This document shows, one piece after another, positions 25,801 through 40,100 of a stretch of DNA of 64,000 nucleotides. Below the pieces are notes generated by a model, which had not been told where the DNA came from, ran no database searches, and worked only from the letters and a program-made list of their open reading frames with translations. The position numbers and the translations under genes are program-made. Within the stretch, counting starts at the first letter, position 1; the number at the start of each line of letters is the position of its first letter. The DNA comes from Ophelia neglecta (lineage: Eukaryota): positions 48,298,001 to 48,362,000 of the forward strand of contig OZ260662.1 of assembly GCA_965285935.1 (NCBI GenBank), in the 5' to 3' direction.

Positions 25801-26809
25801 TGACAAATAAAAACACAAGGGTATAGGCCTGCCTTTAGCCACACGTGGAAAGGGATGTTTTAATGAATCATTCACGTGATGGGCACAATATAAAGCTTAT
25901 GCCTGAAAACTTTTAAATTTGTCTTGTAGATTAGCTAGACCTACCTTGCGCACCTTCCGGCAAATGTATTCTATTTGCTTAAGTAGTCGGGCACTTAACA
26001 TAGAAATTTCATCAATGATGAGGGTATTAGTGTCCTCAAGCCTCCTTTTGGCACCTTCTTTTCTTTGATCAGAACATATGAGATGAAGTGCTTCCTCATC
26101 TTCATAGCGCCCATCTTGTATCCCTGCCCATCTAGCAAAACATGATTAAATTCATTATAATAACAGACATTAGAATTTATTTTCGATATCGCATTGATTT
26201 CTGAGGTAAAGGGCCTTTTTTAGAGGCCTTTTATTTATAGGGAACAAAAACAAAGCAGCAAAAATGGTGCCAGTTGGCCCGAAAGAAAAAAAGGGCCTCG
26301 GAATCAGTTGCCAAAAGAGAGGGTTTCATCGATGAGGAGACTTTGCAAATGGGGTTAACTCAGACTCTCATGATGTAAAAATGGGTTTCTTGGAGATATA
26401 TAGGGGAAATATTGGAAATGGGGTCTAGAGAGAGAGAGAGAGAGGGGGGGGGGTACCTACTACGGCCGATATAGGGAGCCCCCCCCCCCCCCCGTGTGGC
26501 ACAGACTTCTCAAATATCGGTAGTAATAATTTATTTTGGACAAGAAGCATTTTCATCATAAATAGCAGTTGTTACAAGTGCTTACCTGTGGATTGTTTGC
26601 GCTTTGCACCTCAGCTGAGCACTGGCCGATCCGGTGGTGCAGGTCACAGCAACAACTTGGTTAGCCACATGGTTAAGCTCATTGAAAATATGTCTCACTG
26701 TCTGGGATTTCCCAGTTCCTGCCTGGCCAAGCAGGCAGAAACTGTGTCCTTTCAAAGCCAGATGTAAGGCCCTTTGCTGTTCCTCCGTCAAAAGCATGAC
26801 AGATGACAT
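20529..26809 (-). CDS. Pif1-family helicase / PHD-finger multidomain protein, outer copy (8 exons)
   Basis: Exon translations in the ORF track match the inner copy. Confidence 0.9.
20850..21028. mobile_element. pogo/Tigger-like MITE (outer copy)
   Basis: Copy of 9958-10136. Confidence 0.65.
24112..24158 (-). repeat. Isolated 47-bp copy of the element's right terminus inside helicase intron 5
   Basis: TATATAGTGACTATATATGGGAGATTTCAGTTTTAAAAGGCCCTGTG is identical to the last 47 bp of the element. Confidence 0.9.
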
Positions 26810-26997
26810 TTAAACAGAATGAAACACTTTTAACACGACTGACTACACCATGTGCGTTTATGTTTATCCTTTAAATAGCCCTCTACAGCTCCCAGCCAAT
26901 CACAGGCCTCCTTACATTCTGACTCCTCACTTGGCCTTTACTGCTGGGTAGCTTTCAAAATGGTGGCTGAAGCAGCAGAATTTGAAGTCAGCAGGAT

Positions 26998-27451
26998 GAT
27001 TTTGTTACATTTTGGCAAATATAAGGCTATTTAGGGGATGACAACCCCAAATAGTCGAGTGTAATGGGCCAGGGCCTACAGCCAGGGCAAGGAATGTACA
27101 TATGATCCATGGAACTGCAGCTGAAGTTGCTGTTTACCTGTTAACTGGTGAGTGGTGGATGTGCCCAGTAGATGTTGTCCTTGTCAAAATAGGGGTAAAA
27201 AGCTGCATTTGAGGCTTGGTATAGAAAAATTATATGATTTGACTGGACATTTATTGTGTTTTATTGAAAGTATTATTACCTGAGGACAGATTTGTGCAGT
27301 GAAAGTGGAGGATTGTGTTGAATTTTTGAAAATATCGGGCTTTAAGCTGAGAGATGCCTGTCGGACTCCATGCAGGAGTCTGTTCCCTTGTTATTTTTAT
27401 ATAGTATATAGTGACTATATATGGGAGATTTCAGTTTTAAAAGGCCCTGTG
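26998..27451 (-). repeat. Right TIR of outer element
   Basis: Inverted copy of 3870-4323. Confidence 0.93.
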
Positions 27452-27459
27452 GCTTATAG

Positions 27460-27571
27460 CATGTCCTTTTTCCCCAGGACAGCAATTCAGTGGAATGCGT
27501 TGCCCCAGAGCACAGTGCAGGCACCCTCTGTAGAGGCATTTAGGTGCCAGCTACTGGGGCTTCACAACTAA
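27460..27571 (+). pseudogene. LINE ORF2 C-terminal remainder
   Basis: SFFPRTAIQWNALP is the typical CR1/L2 ORF2 C-terminal motif and lies directly after the TSD. Confidence 0.9.
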
Positions 27572-29779
27572 TATAAACACATCAGCATAACCTGTACATA
27601 TATATATATACGTTCTATTCTTCCGTCACTGTTCTATCGTCCTGATAAGGACTCTATACTGTTATGCACAATCTTTGGTTTATGTTTTTTTTAGCATGCG
27701 CACCCTACGGGGAGCCCTCAACATTGAGGATCCGTAGTATTGGAAGAAAGAAAGAAAGAAAACCAAGAAGTTTTTATAAATAAGCTTATCTGTTCCCACA
27801 GGCCTATGGTTATTTTGCCAGCCATCTAAAAGTGGCATCAGAAAAGATCATAAGGGACCCCCGTTAAGCGTAATCTGGTAATGGCTTACCGGTACATTAG
27901 CTGATAAGAGTCTTCCTGCTCCGGCTGTTCCTTTGTGGATTTTTCTACTATACTATACTATAATGTCCTCCAGGTTCTCTTCCTACAGTCCTAACGTAAC
28001 TTGGATCAGCAACTTCTGACTTGAATGGCAAACCGAAGACTAGCCAGCCAATGACAGGGACTTCCGTCAGTTTCTGCCTTGCCAATGGTCAATTTGCATC
28101 AATACCTTTCTACTGCCAGGAACCTGTGTAACCAGTGTCCACATGCAGCAACACGATAACCGCGTGATGGCGCACTAGGCGATGCTTTGGCGCGAGAAAT
28201 TTGTTAAAGGGGGGGGGGGGAGGAAATTAGGCCTATTAAATTTATTATTTATCACCGTAAGGGGGGGGGGGTCATAAAAACGTATCACCTTCTTGGGAGG
28301 GAGGGGGTCATAAAAACACACTATACTTGGGGGAGGGGAGGGGGGGGGGATGCTGAAACGAGAAAATGCGGGAAAAGCGGAAAACACGTATAGATCTAAT
28401 TTAGCCTCTATAAAATTAGCTTAGGGGCCCACCATTTGATAATGTAGGGGGGGGGGTTAGTAAAAAATTTATAATAAAAGGGTTTGTTGGCCACCTCAGG
28501 CACACACAAAAATGTTTCTCACACTAGGCTACTCGAGAAAAAAAATGCTTGTCTTGCACATTGTGAAAAAGTCATAAATGCCCTTACAGAAGAAGAAAAG
28601 TTTACATGGGTATTATGAGGAAAAAAAGATTCTTTTGCAGGAGGCAAAAAAAAATGTTTTGAAGAAAAAAATGTTTCACCTCTAATTTATTTACTTTTGC
28701 CTGTTAGCCTATAGGCCTGTGATTGAGGGACTACTTCCATTAAGTATTAGCATCACTAAATATATATTCATTTGAATCAAAGTATCTTTATCTCAAAATA
28801 AGCTATTAATTGGTAAACAGAATACAGGATGTATTAAATAATTCTTCAGGTTTTATTTAATCAAACACAAAAGTATAAAACATGAAACAACTACAGTATA
28901 TAGGCCTAGTAGGCATTCTCGAGCACGAAATAACTGTTCGTCTTTTATAAAATGGTTCCAAAGCCATCATGCTTGTTTTAATTTCACTTTTATAGCCCTG
29001 TTTTCATCGGTTTTTCCATAACTTTGCAGAAAGAATGTATACCTTATATCCTTTAATTAACCTGCGGGGTCTGCATAGGCGGAGGAAAAATGGACTTTCT
29101 AAGGGGGGTCGGGAGTGTTCACGGTACATGTAAAGGGCATTTTTAATGAAACAAGCACAAAATTTGCATCGTTTTAAAGCTGAAGAAATAATCATCTGGA
29201 GTGCAACATAATATTTGGTGTTTTCTAATTGATCACGTGTAGACAAAATGCAAAGTATCGACTGCAAGGAATTTATGTTTAAAAAAATTCTAAATTGATT
29301 GTTTTGACTTGAAACTCAGCGTCTGTATGTTTCTCTTCTTAAATGATTTTAAGCACTCAAATTAATAATTACAAGGCCCCTTATTATTATGAGATCTTGT
29401 CAAAAATTGCTAATAGGCATGAAGGTCGCATTAGGTTTCGTTCAGATTCAAGTCATATATCACTGCGAAGGCAAATTTTTGTGTAATTACAGTTTTTAAT
29501 TTGACACTTTGAAGACCAATTAGCTTGCACAGTATACGCGGCCCTCCAACAGTACCCTATGTAAACACAACCCTGTGCGCTTCACATTTTACTACCCAGT
29601 GTCAATGAAAACACTTAAAATATATTACCACCTGGCGGTCATCTAATGACCAGACTTGTATCCACAAGTCCAACTTCTATAGAAGTCTATTATTCACTTT
29701 GAAATCAGAAAATTCGGAAAAGAAAGAATATGGTAATCAGTGTCAGGACTAGCTACTTCACATGCAGCAAGTGATTGGA

Positions 29780-30320
29780 TATTGAAAATGCCGTATCTTG
29801 TCTTGAAGCAAATATACTTTGCACTGATCCATTCACACCTTACCTATGGCTTGATTGTTTGGAACAACGTAAATTGTGCACACAACCTTGAGCGTGTCAC
29901 ACTACTGCACACCACTACAGCGTTCAATGAGAATCATAACCAGATCATCTTATTTAGCTCACACTGAACCATTATTTAAGCAACTCCGCATATTACGGCT
30001 AAGTGACCTATATCTGCAAATGGGAGTACGACTTTATAATTAAGCGCTCAAGCATAATTGTTCTGATTACATTTATAATATACTTTGTCCAATCCCCCGT
30101 AATCATAATCACAATACTCGCTTTAAAAGTTCCATCTTTATAAAAAAGATGCGAACAAACATTGTCAAGCAGACTCTGGCATACAAAATCAAAATAATCT
30201 TAGGGAATCTTAAGAAAAATCGTATAGAAACCCTCGGTAACAAGGATGTAAAAACTGCCTTACTCAACCGGTATCAGGATCGTTGCACTTAAACACCGTG
30301 TTACGTGTGTAATCTATAAA
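29780..30320 (+). pseudogene. Decayed 3' fragment of an L2/Crack-like LINE
   Basis: LKQIYFALIHSHLTYGLIVW followed by frameshifted HTEPLFKQLRIL-like sequence. Confidence 0.6.
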
Positions 30321-32452
30321 TATCTAACTAAATGGTTATGAAATGATTTGAATTGAAGTGCGGTAAGCTTAAATGCCAATGGAGACTTCTGCTTGGTTCG
30401 GTAGTCATCTACCTAGGTCGCATTCACATGCTCATAGACTATGAATACCATGTATATTTATTACTTAATTAGTGAAAATGTGTTTGCATAATATATACCC
30501 TAATAACAAAAACATATAACTGCATTGTATTAGGTACCTTAAAGCTCACACTATAATTATTTTCATGTGTTTGTTTATATCTACATGTGGCTTTTGCTTC
30601 ACCCATGTTATGTCAATTCTTATTATTAAATGAGATTATGATTATTATAATTATCATGAAGCCATCACACATCTAGTTATTTGAGTGTGCATGTGTGTAA
30701 GCTTATTATTAGGTCTATTTATGATTTCTTCATTTCTTAATTTTATTTTTCTGTTCAATGTTTATACATTATGTATATAAATTTATATTCCCTGTCAATG
30801 AAGTTGTCCTAGGGCGTCCAGTACCTACGGCTAATCAGCTATATCTGGCGTCCTGAAAAGCTGTCTAGTTACTTAGTCATGTACATTATTGTTGAAGTAC
30901 AAATAAACCACCACTACTTGGATATCTAATGACCCCTTGACCCCATAAATCCGACAACATTTCATTTTATTGATACAAATTTTTAAAACTTTGTTTCTTT
31001 TGCTTTTTTCGTCAACAGAAATGCAAGAGGTGGGTCTTGCATACTTCTTTCGGAAAAAAACGCACATCTTTGTGTTAGACCATTGTTGACCTACTTGCAA
31101 GGGAGCATAAACCCTCCAAATGGTTCCCTTGTCATAATCTGAATGGCCATGAAATTCTAAGTTTCATTAATTTAGGTATAGGAATGTGATTTTCAAAAAC
31201 GGAATATTGGGCAATATTGTAACACTATGGCAGTTTTTCCTTGTTTTTCCCTTTGGCTGGATCCTTTTTTTTTTTACTTTTTACCTCGGTTACAGCGAAT
31301 TTTACCTTTGTTCTATGGGGATGTTTGACTTTTTCTTCACATGTTTACCATTATGCTCGGAAACACTAGGGAGTGGCCTAAATGGTAGTTAACTCATATG
31401 CACATTTTTTCAGATTAATGAATAAACTTTACTCCTGTGGGAAAAAAAGAGAGATAAATTAACTGTCCGTATTTTATACATTATTTAACGTGACACTAAG
31501 TGCATAATTATATACAGCCCCCGTTGCTCCATAAGCCAATGTCAGTTCGAAAATAAACCCATTTAACCAGGAGGCATCAAAAGGCATTTCAATTTGCAGT
31601 GAGTCCTATCAATGTTTATTGTCCAAACGGTAAATACTTTGCGAAACAAATAGACACACGCAAAAAGCAGGTGAATGAGTATCTGTCTGGTCCATTAGAA
31701 ATGACATCGTACATGTTTGTAGTTACCTTTATTGATTTTCATGACTTATTTATTATCTGTGATCTCCATATCCAAATATATTGAATCTTATGATTGAAAA
31801 TCCGGATGTAAAGCTACGAATCTGTTTTTTTAATTGTATCAAAAAACGGAAATTCCCATGCAGTTTGTGATTCTGATCTCCAAGTGCGCATACTCGGTCG
31901 ACTTTTTAATATTTCTAGACGCTATTGATTAAGCATTTATTTGGACTAAACATTCGTATTCCTATGATCATGTAGGCCTACCTGTTCAGCGTTTAAAATT
32001 TGTTTAATACACATCAAGTTCTTAAAATCGGAGCTTCCAATTTTCTTCAGTCAAGGGGGCAGAATATTTCTTTTAGAATTATATCTAAAATCCTTAATCC
32101 AGTTAGATTTATATGTCACTACAGTTTATTAGTTTTAATAATTGACATGCGGAGACTAGAAAAAATCCTTTGGTTGACCGAGTTCTAGGGGTTGTCCATG
32201 CATGTAAGTAAAATATCATTGATATCAAAGACTGTTAGTATTGTAAAAGTTAAATAGAACTCCTATTTAAGTGGGGTGAAAAAAACAGGTCAAGAGCTGG
32301 AATCTATGAATAAAGAATACATAAATAAAAACAGACATTATATTATATTCCTTTAAACGTATAATCAATGGACATAATTTTCTCACATTCGAATAGAGTG
32401 ACTCTCACGTTCACTGTTACAAAAACGTTGCGGGGTATTGTTTTAAACAATG

Positions 32453-35400
32453 TTAGGAATGGATATAAAATAGAGCAACGATAGTTACTGTCATGATAAC
32501 ATAGAATGAAAGGCAGATTACGAATAACATACGGTCGATTATCTTAACTGCAATGTGCCAATAATTTTCATCAGCAAGTTTATCCGGCTTGCTCTGTTCT
32601 TCCATCTTGGCCATCTCTTTATGACCGATGTTGATGTTACTGCCGTCAGGTTCGTCGGCATCCACCGGCCGGTCGCTTATAATCTGACAGTCTTTAACCT
32701 GGTCTTCTTTTGTCTCAGGAACTTGAGTAATCTTACGCACCCGACGGAGTCCAATACATTTTCCAGATAAATTTAAAAGGTACTTCTGAACAAAAGGAGA
32801 CGGCTGGATGTCGTATTTCCGGTGATAAACAGACAGGACCCAGACATTGGCGGTCAGTACGAAGGCCGATAAACATTCCATAACAGTTATGTAAATCACT
32901 GAAATGGAATGAGAAAAACATTTCATTACAAAGTCGTACCGATTAATAGCTAAAATAAAAATTAACCGGCTCAATCGTGGAAAGTGTGAGTGTAACGTTA
33001 GTGAGAGACAATCAGGCTAAAAAGTCCCCGACATTAAAAACGTTAACCAGGAAGGAACACTGTTATACGGGGAGTGACAATATTATAGTAAAACATTACT
33101 TAGTAATGAGATGTTCTTTCCGCCTCTAGGTGAGATATCAGAAACCATCAAAAGAAAAACGGTATATGCCAACATGGCGGTAACTGACAATCCAATTCTC
33201 TCTCCACACTCGGCTGGCAAAGCGAACACTAAAACTGACATAAAGCCAGTGATAATTGAAGGAACAACCAGCTACATGTTGTAAAACCTAGGGTCACGTT
33301 GTAGAGTGATTGACACATTCACCGCAGAATTGCGCTCGCCGATATTAACAAAGATGTGGTTTACCACCAAACTGGTGATATTTTTCCACTCCGAGTCACC
33401 GTCGAAGAGCAGAAGATCTGGGTTTCCTAAGTCGTAGTAATTTTTGTTCCGGATCACCCTGATATAGTTTTCCGGAAACGGAACTATGAATGTGATAACA
33501 CAGTTATGTGTGTCGTATGGAAAATAACGTAGGTCAACTTCACAGAATGTCTCCAGGGGTTCATGAATATGTATCTGCACCCTCCCGTCACTATACACGC
33601 TGGCGAACATACCATCCGAGTACATGTTTCCCCCCTTGCCAGCTCTTAAGGATAGCAAACGGGTAATATTACATTCATATATATTTTATAAGCAAAAATA
33701 GACAGAAAACAAACATAAAATATAAGGGGTCAGTTTAATGCCAAATGCAAATAAATACTAACTTGTAATTAAATTAAATCCATGCATATATACATCTGGG
33801 TTCGAATATGGGATCGCCTACACATGCAGTGCAATCAATCACAGACCAGGAAGACCAGTGCCTCTAATAATTATATGGCAGGAAATTAATCTTGGAGATA
33901 ATCTTAGCCATTGCCTGGTGCAATCCATGGCTGGTTCGTTCTAGCAAGGAAGGAGGGGGGGGGGGGGGGATTGGCGGATACTTAGGTGCCGTTGATCTGT
34001 TGTTGGATGGTAACATGCACGATTGCTTTTACACAGCTCCCGGGGCACAGGTGAACAATAGATTATCTATTTCATCCGGACAAAATTCCTCGAGTATTGA
34101 TCTATTTTGGCCATCTGAATTATTTTATCCGCTCAAAAAGTGATTTTACATACAAAATATAACTTGCAAAATAAACATGATTTCGTTTTTCGACAATTTT
34201 GTTTTGGCTTTTTTTAATTATTCAGTAATAAGAATGATCAGCACGGGAGTAGGCCTCATCCGTATTTTCCCTGATCCTGGAATTTCCGGAAACGGTTAGC
34301 TCATTTTTCGGCCAAGTCCAATCATTAATACCCTGCTCACATTGCCTGGTGTCCCTAGCTTATACCCCCAATATCGCGTAGTAGATAAGGTCTGTGAAAA
34401 AGGTTTATTATATTGAATATATTTATTATTAAGATAAACATGCGCTTTTAGGCTAATGAATAACATGAAAACACATTTTTGCGACCGGTATATACATTGC
34501 ATGTCTATACAGTACCTATTGAGGATATCGAGTTCTGGCTTCCAGATTTTGTCACTTGGAACGATGATCATATATGAACCATTGGTCCAATCTCTGTTCC
34601 ATCTCAAGTTCACATCAATCCACGTCTGTAAATGTTGCGCCCCAAAGTTAGTTAATTTAAAGAGTAGGTTTAACTGTTCACGTTCTTATTTTTAACCCTG
34701 TGTATGATTTACCAAATTTTTAAAGTATAACGACTAAATTAGACAAGAAAGTAAGACACGGTATAAGGTATTATGATGATACCAATAGGATTGCACCACA
34801 AACGTTACAAGTTTGTGGCCTTAGACCGGAACATTTGGCAACATCACTCCATCAGTCCAAAAATTGCTTAAGTTAGAGGTGGGTACTATTTTCTCTTTAA
34901 TGGTGTTCTGGAAAGCATTGCCAAATCCACCTCCAGTAAAGTTAGCTGTGTTTGTTAGTCGGGTTACGCAAAAACCTCACATTCTCTATTATGACATTTA
35001 TTTTTAAAGGAATAAACCTTTTTCCCAGGTTTACTGTGCTTACTAAAGTCGAACATTCTGTTTTGAATGGACATGCTACAAAGAAATACAGCTTACCAGG
35101 CTTATAATTCCATCACTCTTCAGGATTTGCTTTTGTTCATCCTGCGATCAAAAGGTTTTAACTTTTCAAATGTTTACAAGTGGTGAAAATGAGGACGCAA
35201 AAGTGTATAGTTATACTTAAGCTTAGCGCGGTCTACCCAATATATGCGATGTATGGAATAATAGTATGTGTTGCTTGTCATTCTGTGCACGATTTTTTGA
35301 TATTTACCAAGTTTAAAATCTTCCTCAAGAAAAAAACCATTTGAATCTCCATAGCATCCTGAAAATTCCTGACGGGACGAGCTGTTTGTTGGTAGTCTCT

Positions 35401-35469
35401 GAACAGATGATTGACCAATTCTGTCTCATTCCGGAAAGCATCGATTTCTGCAAACAAGACATCCTCATA

Positions 35470-35527
<58 letters not shown>

Positions 35528-36144
35528 ATTACACAAATAATAATTATGGTTTTGTTACGAACAAATATAATATATTCTTAAGATCTGAATTTCTCTTTGT
35601 ACAATGAAAATAATCTACTTTACGTGTACTTTTAAATAACAGTAATAAAAACAGTATATTCCCACTCCTAAAATAGGCAACAATTTATAAACAAAACTTC
35701 TGGAGCAACAACTCGGGCAATAACATTTTAAACATGTGCCGTTGATTCACAAATAAAACCTAAAATAAACGCTATCCTGTAAACCGTCCATCCAATAAAT
35801 GTAGCACACAACCGTGGGGGTAACATTTCTTGGACCAACAAATTCTCGATCAGTGTTTGCTGTAGTGGGAAGCGGCCTGTATTCACTCTAATTGAATTCT
35901 ACACCTGCATGAATATATAATAGAACAATATGATATTCATTGATCAGACTGACGTTTTCTGTGTTCAATTACGAACACAGCAGTAACGTAGAACGTGAAA
36001 AAATCAATGCTGCAGGAGATTTATGTATAGTGACCCTGTTTTATATATCTTAGATTTAAGCCTAGACGGATAAGCACTTACCGTTGTTCATGGAACCATT
36101 AACACTGCAAACCTCATAAGACGGTTGTTTTCTGCGTCTTCCAT
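32453..36144 (-). pseudogene. nAChR-like Cys-loop ligand-gated ion channel subunit, copy A (pseudogene)
   Basis: Six-exon structure as in copies B and C, Cys-loop CEVDLRYFPYDTHNC, IWKPE. Premature TAG at 33272-33274 (TAC in paralogs). The putative exon 1 is 63 nt versus 64 nt and has an in-frame TGA. Confidence 0.8.
35473..35522. repeat. (TA)n microsatellite
   Basis: Seen directly. Confidence 0.9.
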
Positions 36145-36967
36145 TTTATGCGGACATAACTGTACATAAATGTATGCAGGCAAAATAAAATCCCGACTGG
36201 TATAGGGGTAAATTTATTTCATGATGCGCATTTACAGCTGCAACCAAAATTGGCCAATATAACCGATTTCACTTTGTGTTCTGAAAATGGTGAAAACGGT
36301 GCCATGCATTAGGGTTTTCAATGGTTCGTGTGTGCTTTGGCGTTACATATTTATAAAGGTGATCCATTAGCTATAGTTATAATATAGTCGGTAGCAGGCT
36401 CCCATTATCTCGTGTTGTTATAGCTATCAGGTTTCGGCTCAATAATAAGCAAACTAACGCTCTTCACATGACAGCTTTTGCAGATAGTGTCTGTGATTCA
36501 TAGATGGCCCACTGAAGCCTCTGTATTATCATTACTCACTGACAGTAAGCCTTGAAGCCTTCATACATTAAAACATATGATATATAACATTGACATAGCA
36601 GAGTCCTTGGGCTAACCTCTGCTGATACACATTATGTATTATATATTTTATTTATCTTTATTGTATCTTAATAATTCTTAATTACCAGTACAGACAATAA
36701 AATAAAATAAAATAAAAATAATGTTTTAATTATTGGATAAGGGATCGTATTTTTCCATCGGATTTTCAGTGCAATATAAAAGTATACAACCAAGTTTAAT
36801 TTATTAACCAGTTCTTCTGACAGAACGCTTCATCAATTACAAATGCTTTAAAATTGAATAACGCATATCTTTAAAACTGGTTGTAGTTTTGATCTGTACC
36901 TAGGCCTTTAACTGTATGCTCATAATATATTGTGAAGCAACTTTGAAATTGGTATACTAAGGAGCTA

Positions 36968-37113
36968 TATATTAATGCGATTGATCAACACAACAAATTA
37001 AGTGATGTCATGTGTCTAGGATTTGGCAAACCATTGCTCGTGTCTCCTTTGTAAGGTTAAAAATAATTTGCTATGTTTGTCTCTGTGTACGAAGCATTAT
37101 GCCAGTAACATCT
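36968..37113 (+). repeat. Left copy of 146-bp direct repeat (long TSD)
   Basis: Matches 40949-41094 with one mismatch (37102 C vs 41083 A). Confidence 0.9.
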
Positions 37114-40100
37114 CAGGATGTACGAGTTACACATTGTGTGACTCTGAAACAGTCCGGTTCCTACCTTTCCTTCAAACTTAACGTCGGCACAGAAGACAGC
37201 GTGAAGGTGTCCGATGTGCGCTTCTGGCCGAAAGGTATCAACATTCGCCCCTGGGAGTACCGAGATAACCGCACAGAACATTAATTTTTCAAAATGGGAG
37301 ACACATCTATGAACTTAAGGATTACTGCTTTTAACTGTTTTGGTGCTATGGCATCAGCAGCTTACATATGGACTATCCTTCGGACAGCCGATTTTCTTTG
37401 CTTACAAGAGACACACCTTAGATCAGATAATGTATACTTTCTGAACTCGATTGACACTGACTTTGACTCATTTGCTAGAGTCGACGAGAGAATGGACTCA
37501 CTTAAACACGGGAGAGCGGGAGGCGTTGCCATTTTATGGCGCAGGTCTCTTGGGTACACCGTGTCCAGGCTCCACGACTGCGACAGTGACCGAATTATTG
37601 GAATACAAATATTTTGCCCAGTCAAAAAGCAATATATTTACCTATTTAATGTATATCTACCGAGTAGTAACCAATTAGACGAAGAATACGTTATGTGCTT
37701 GAATATGATGGAAGATGTGTTTGAATATTATAATCAGTTTGGTTTAGTAATTTTCTGTGGGGATTTCAATGCGCAATTAGGTAAGACTGCTGGCCCTAGA
37801 GGAAGAGACCCTGTCTCTCGACGTGGTTCATTTTTGAATAAAACATTAGAACGCCTAAATATGCGTTCTTTGATGTGCTCTAATAGTTGTACTGGGCCGG
37901 ACTGGACATATACGCCTCACGGAGAAGGACGACGCACTCAAATTGACCACTTTTTTCTACCTAGTGACTCTCTTGACCTAACAGCTAGCTGCGCGGTTGA
38001 ACTAGATTGCGCATTGAATACATCAGACCACTTGCCTATTACATGTATTATAATGTGTCCTATTCAGCCATACGTGCCTGTATGTAGACCAAGACTTAAT
38101 TGGCGAAACGGTAACAAAGAGTCCTATGCATTGATTTATAAATCAGAAAATTGTCGAATTAGAAACAGATACGAGTGGGGAAAGGATAGATAACATTGTT
38201 GATTGCCTTGTCAGAATTCTGAGTGAAACTGCAGATCAAACAATTCCTGTTTCTGAAATTAAAGCCTATCAGAAGCACTACTGGGACAAGGAGTTAGACC
38301 AAGCTCATGCTACTCAAAAAATCATGAGAACAATATGGAAAGAGGACGGGTCCCCTAGAGGTATGCAGCACCCGACTTATGTAAACTATAAATCGGCCAA
38401 AACCAAATTTCGTATAAAACAATATGAACGAATTAAAATACGTGAAGAAGAACGTATGGATAGAGCCGATGGTGATTACGATCTCAACTCTTTCTGGCGT
38501 TTTGTACGCAGCCGAAGGGCATCCCAAGAAGCTTTTCATGTAATTAGGGACTCTGAAAAAATATATGCGACGCCCGCGGAATTGCTGAACTTCTGGAAAA
38601 AACACTTTTACGAGCTCCTCAACGAACAAACTGACGAGCACGGTGATTACGACAATCAATTTGCTAAAGGTGTATCGGCACAAGTTCAGACTATTTGAAA
38701 ACATAGATTCTGAAAAGGATGAGCCTGATATATTAAGCGAGCCAATTACTCCCGAAGAAGTAAAAGTGGCGGCCAAGGCATTACCAAACAATAAAGCTCC
38801 CGGTCTTGACGGAATATTCTACGAACATTTGAAGTATGGCGGACAGGCCTTGTATAGGCTACTCTCCTCCTTATACAATTCCATGCTCGAGCAAGTTTAT
38901 ATTCCCCTGCCTTTAAAAACTGGAATTCTAGTCCCCTTGCACAAAGGGAAAAAGAAAGCTAAAGATAATAAGGACTCATACAGAGGGGTGACATTAATGC
39001 CAGTCATGAACAAGCTGTTCGAAAAGATAATTGCACAGCGCTTGAAGCCATGGTTGATTGACATAAATTTCCCTGATTTACTTCAACACAGTAAGCCTGA
39101 ATCTAATAATGTGTTACTGTCTTTCACTGTCCAAGAGTCAACTTTGCATTTCATTGAAGGTGGGAGTAAAGTATATGTAGCTTTCTTGGACGCAGAAAAG
39201 GCCTTTGACAGGGTGTGGTGGGACGCTCTTTTACTCAAACTTCACGGTCTTGGAGTGAAGGGGCGCTTATGGAGATTGTTCAGAGAGTGGCTTGTCGGGT
39301 CTAAGATGAGTGTGCTGCTTAATGGGGTCCTTTCCGAACCCTTCGATATTTCCCGCAGCATAAAGCAGGGTGGCATTATGTCCTCACTACTACACAGTGT
39401 CGCCTACTCTGATTTCCACACAATCATGTCGGAGACGCATTCAGGACTCGTAGGTTTCGGGGTAGACATTGGTAGCCCTACTCTGGCCGATGACAGCACA
39501 CTAATGTCACCAACACGGAACGGGCTCCAAAACATGCTCAATGTCGCATGTCAGTATGCAGAGAAGTGGAGATTGAAGTTTTCAGCATCTAAAAGCAAAG
39601 TCATGGTGTTTGGTGAAACAAACAAACAGAGAGAAAAGAACCAAAAGTGGCGAAAGTGGTGGCTCGGTGACAAACAGCTTGCTGAGGTATATGAGGAAAC
39701 TCACGTCGGCATAGCCCTGACGGCAGACCTTAAATCAACAGAACGAACCCGACGTTTATGTAAAAAAGGAAAAAGTCAACTCGCAGGCATGTCTGGAGTA
39801 GGCGTCACAGCCAATGGCTTGAACCCGCTGACATCAGCAAAACTCTGGAAACAAATTTGTCTTCCCTCCGTATTGCATGGATCAGAGCTGTGGTGCCAGC
39901 TGACTCAGGCTGAAATCAACCAATTAGAGGGCATGCACAGGCACGCGGCTAAACGCATTCAGGGTTTGATGCTAAGGACTCATACAGAACTAGCTCTGGG
40001 AGCTCTTGGGTGGTATTCCTTAGAGAGCGCCATTGATGAAAAGAAACTACTCTTTTTCCATAAACTAAACACCCTGTCATCCAGCAGACATATAGCTAGA

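Larger units (their letters stand above)
3870..27451 (+). mobile_element. Outer P-element-superfamily DNA transposon (~11.9 kb without the nested copy)
   Basis: Termini CACAGGGCC...GGCCCTGTG, 454-bp TIRs, 8-bp TSD GCTTATAG (3862-3869 / 27452-27459), P-type transposase. Confidence 0.95.
1411..27760 (+). mobile_element. 5'-truncated CR1-type non-LTR retrotransposon, interrupted at 3869/27460 by the nested P-like elements
   Basis: APE endonuclease C-half (GDLN, LDLFIT, DH) and RT (QHGF, DFSKAFD, GVPQGSVLGP, FADD) at 1432-3869. The ORF resumes at 27460 (SMSFFPRT..WNALP, stop 27571). (GAAA)n tail at ~27743-27760. Possible TSD AACCAA at 1405-1410 and 27761-27766. Confidence 0.92.

Noticed and set aside
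5430-27451. Assembly-induced tandem duplication
   Set aside because: Junctions fall exactly at TIR tips with a TSD, and the copies differ by SNPs and a 242-bp indel. Read confirmation is still advisable.
28175-28700. Poly-G-rich segments resembling MITE ends or G-quadruplexes
   Set aside because: No matching TIR pair or TSD could be established by eye.
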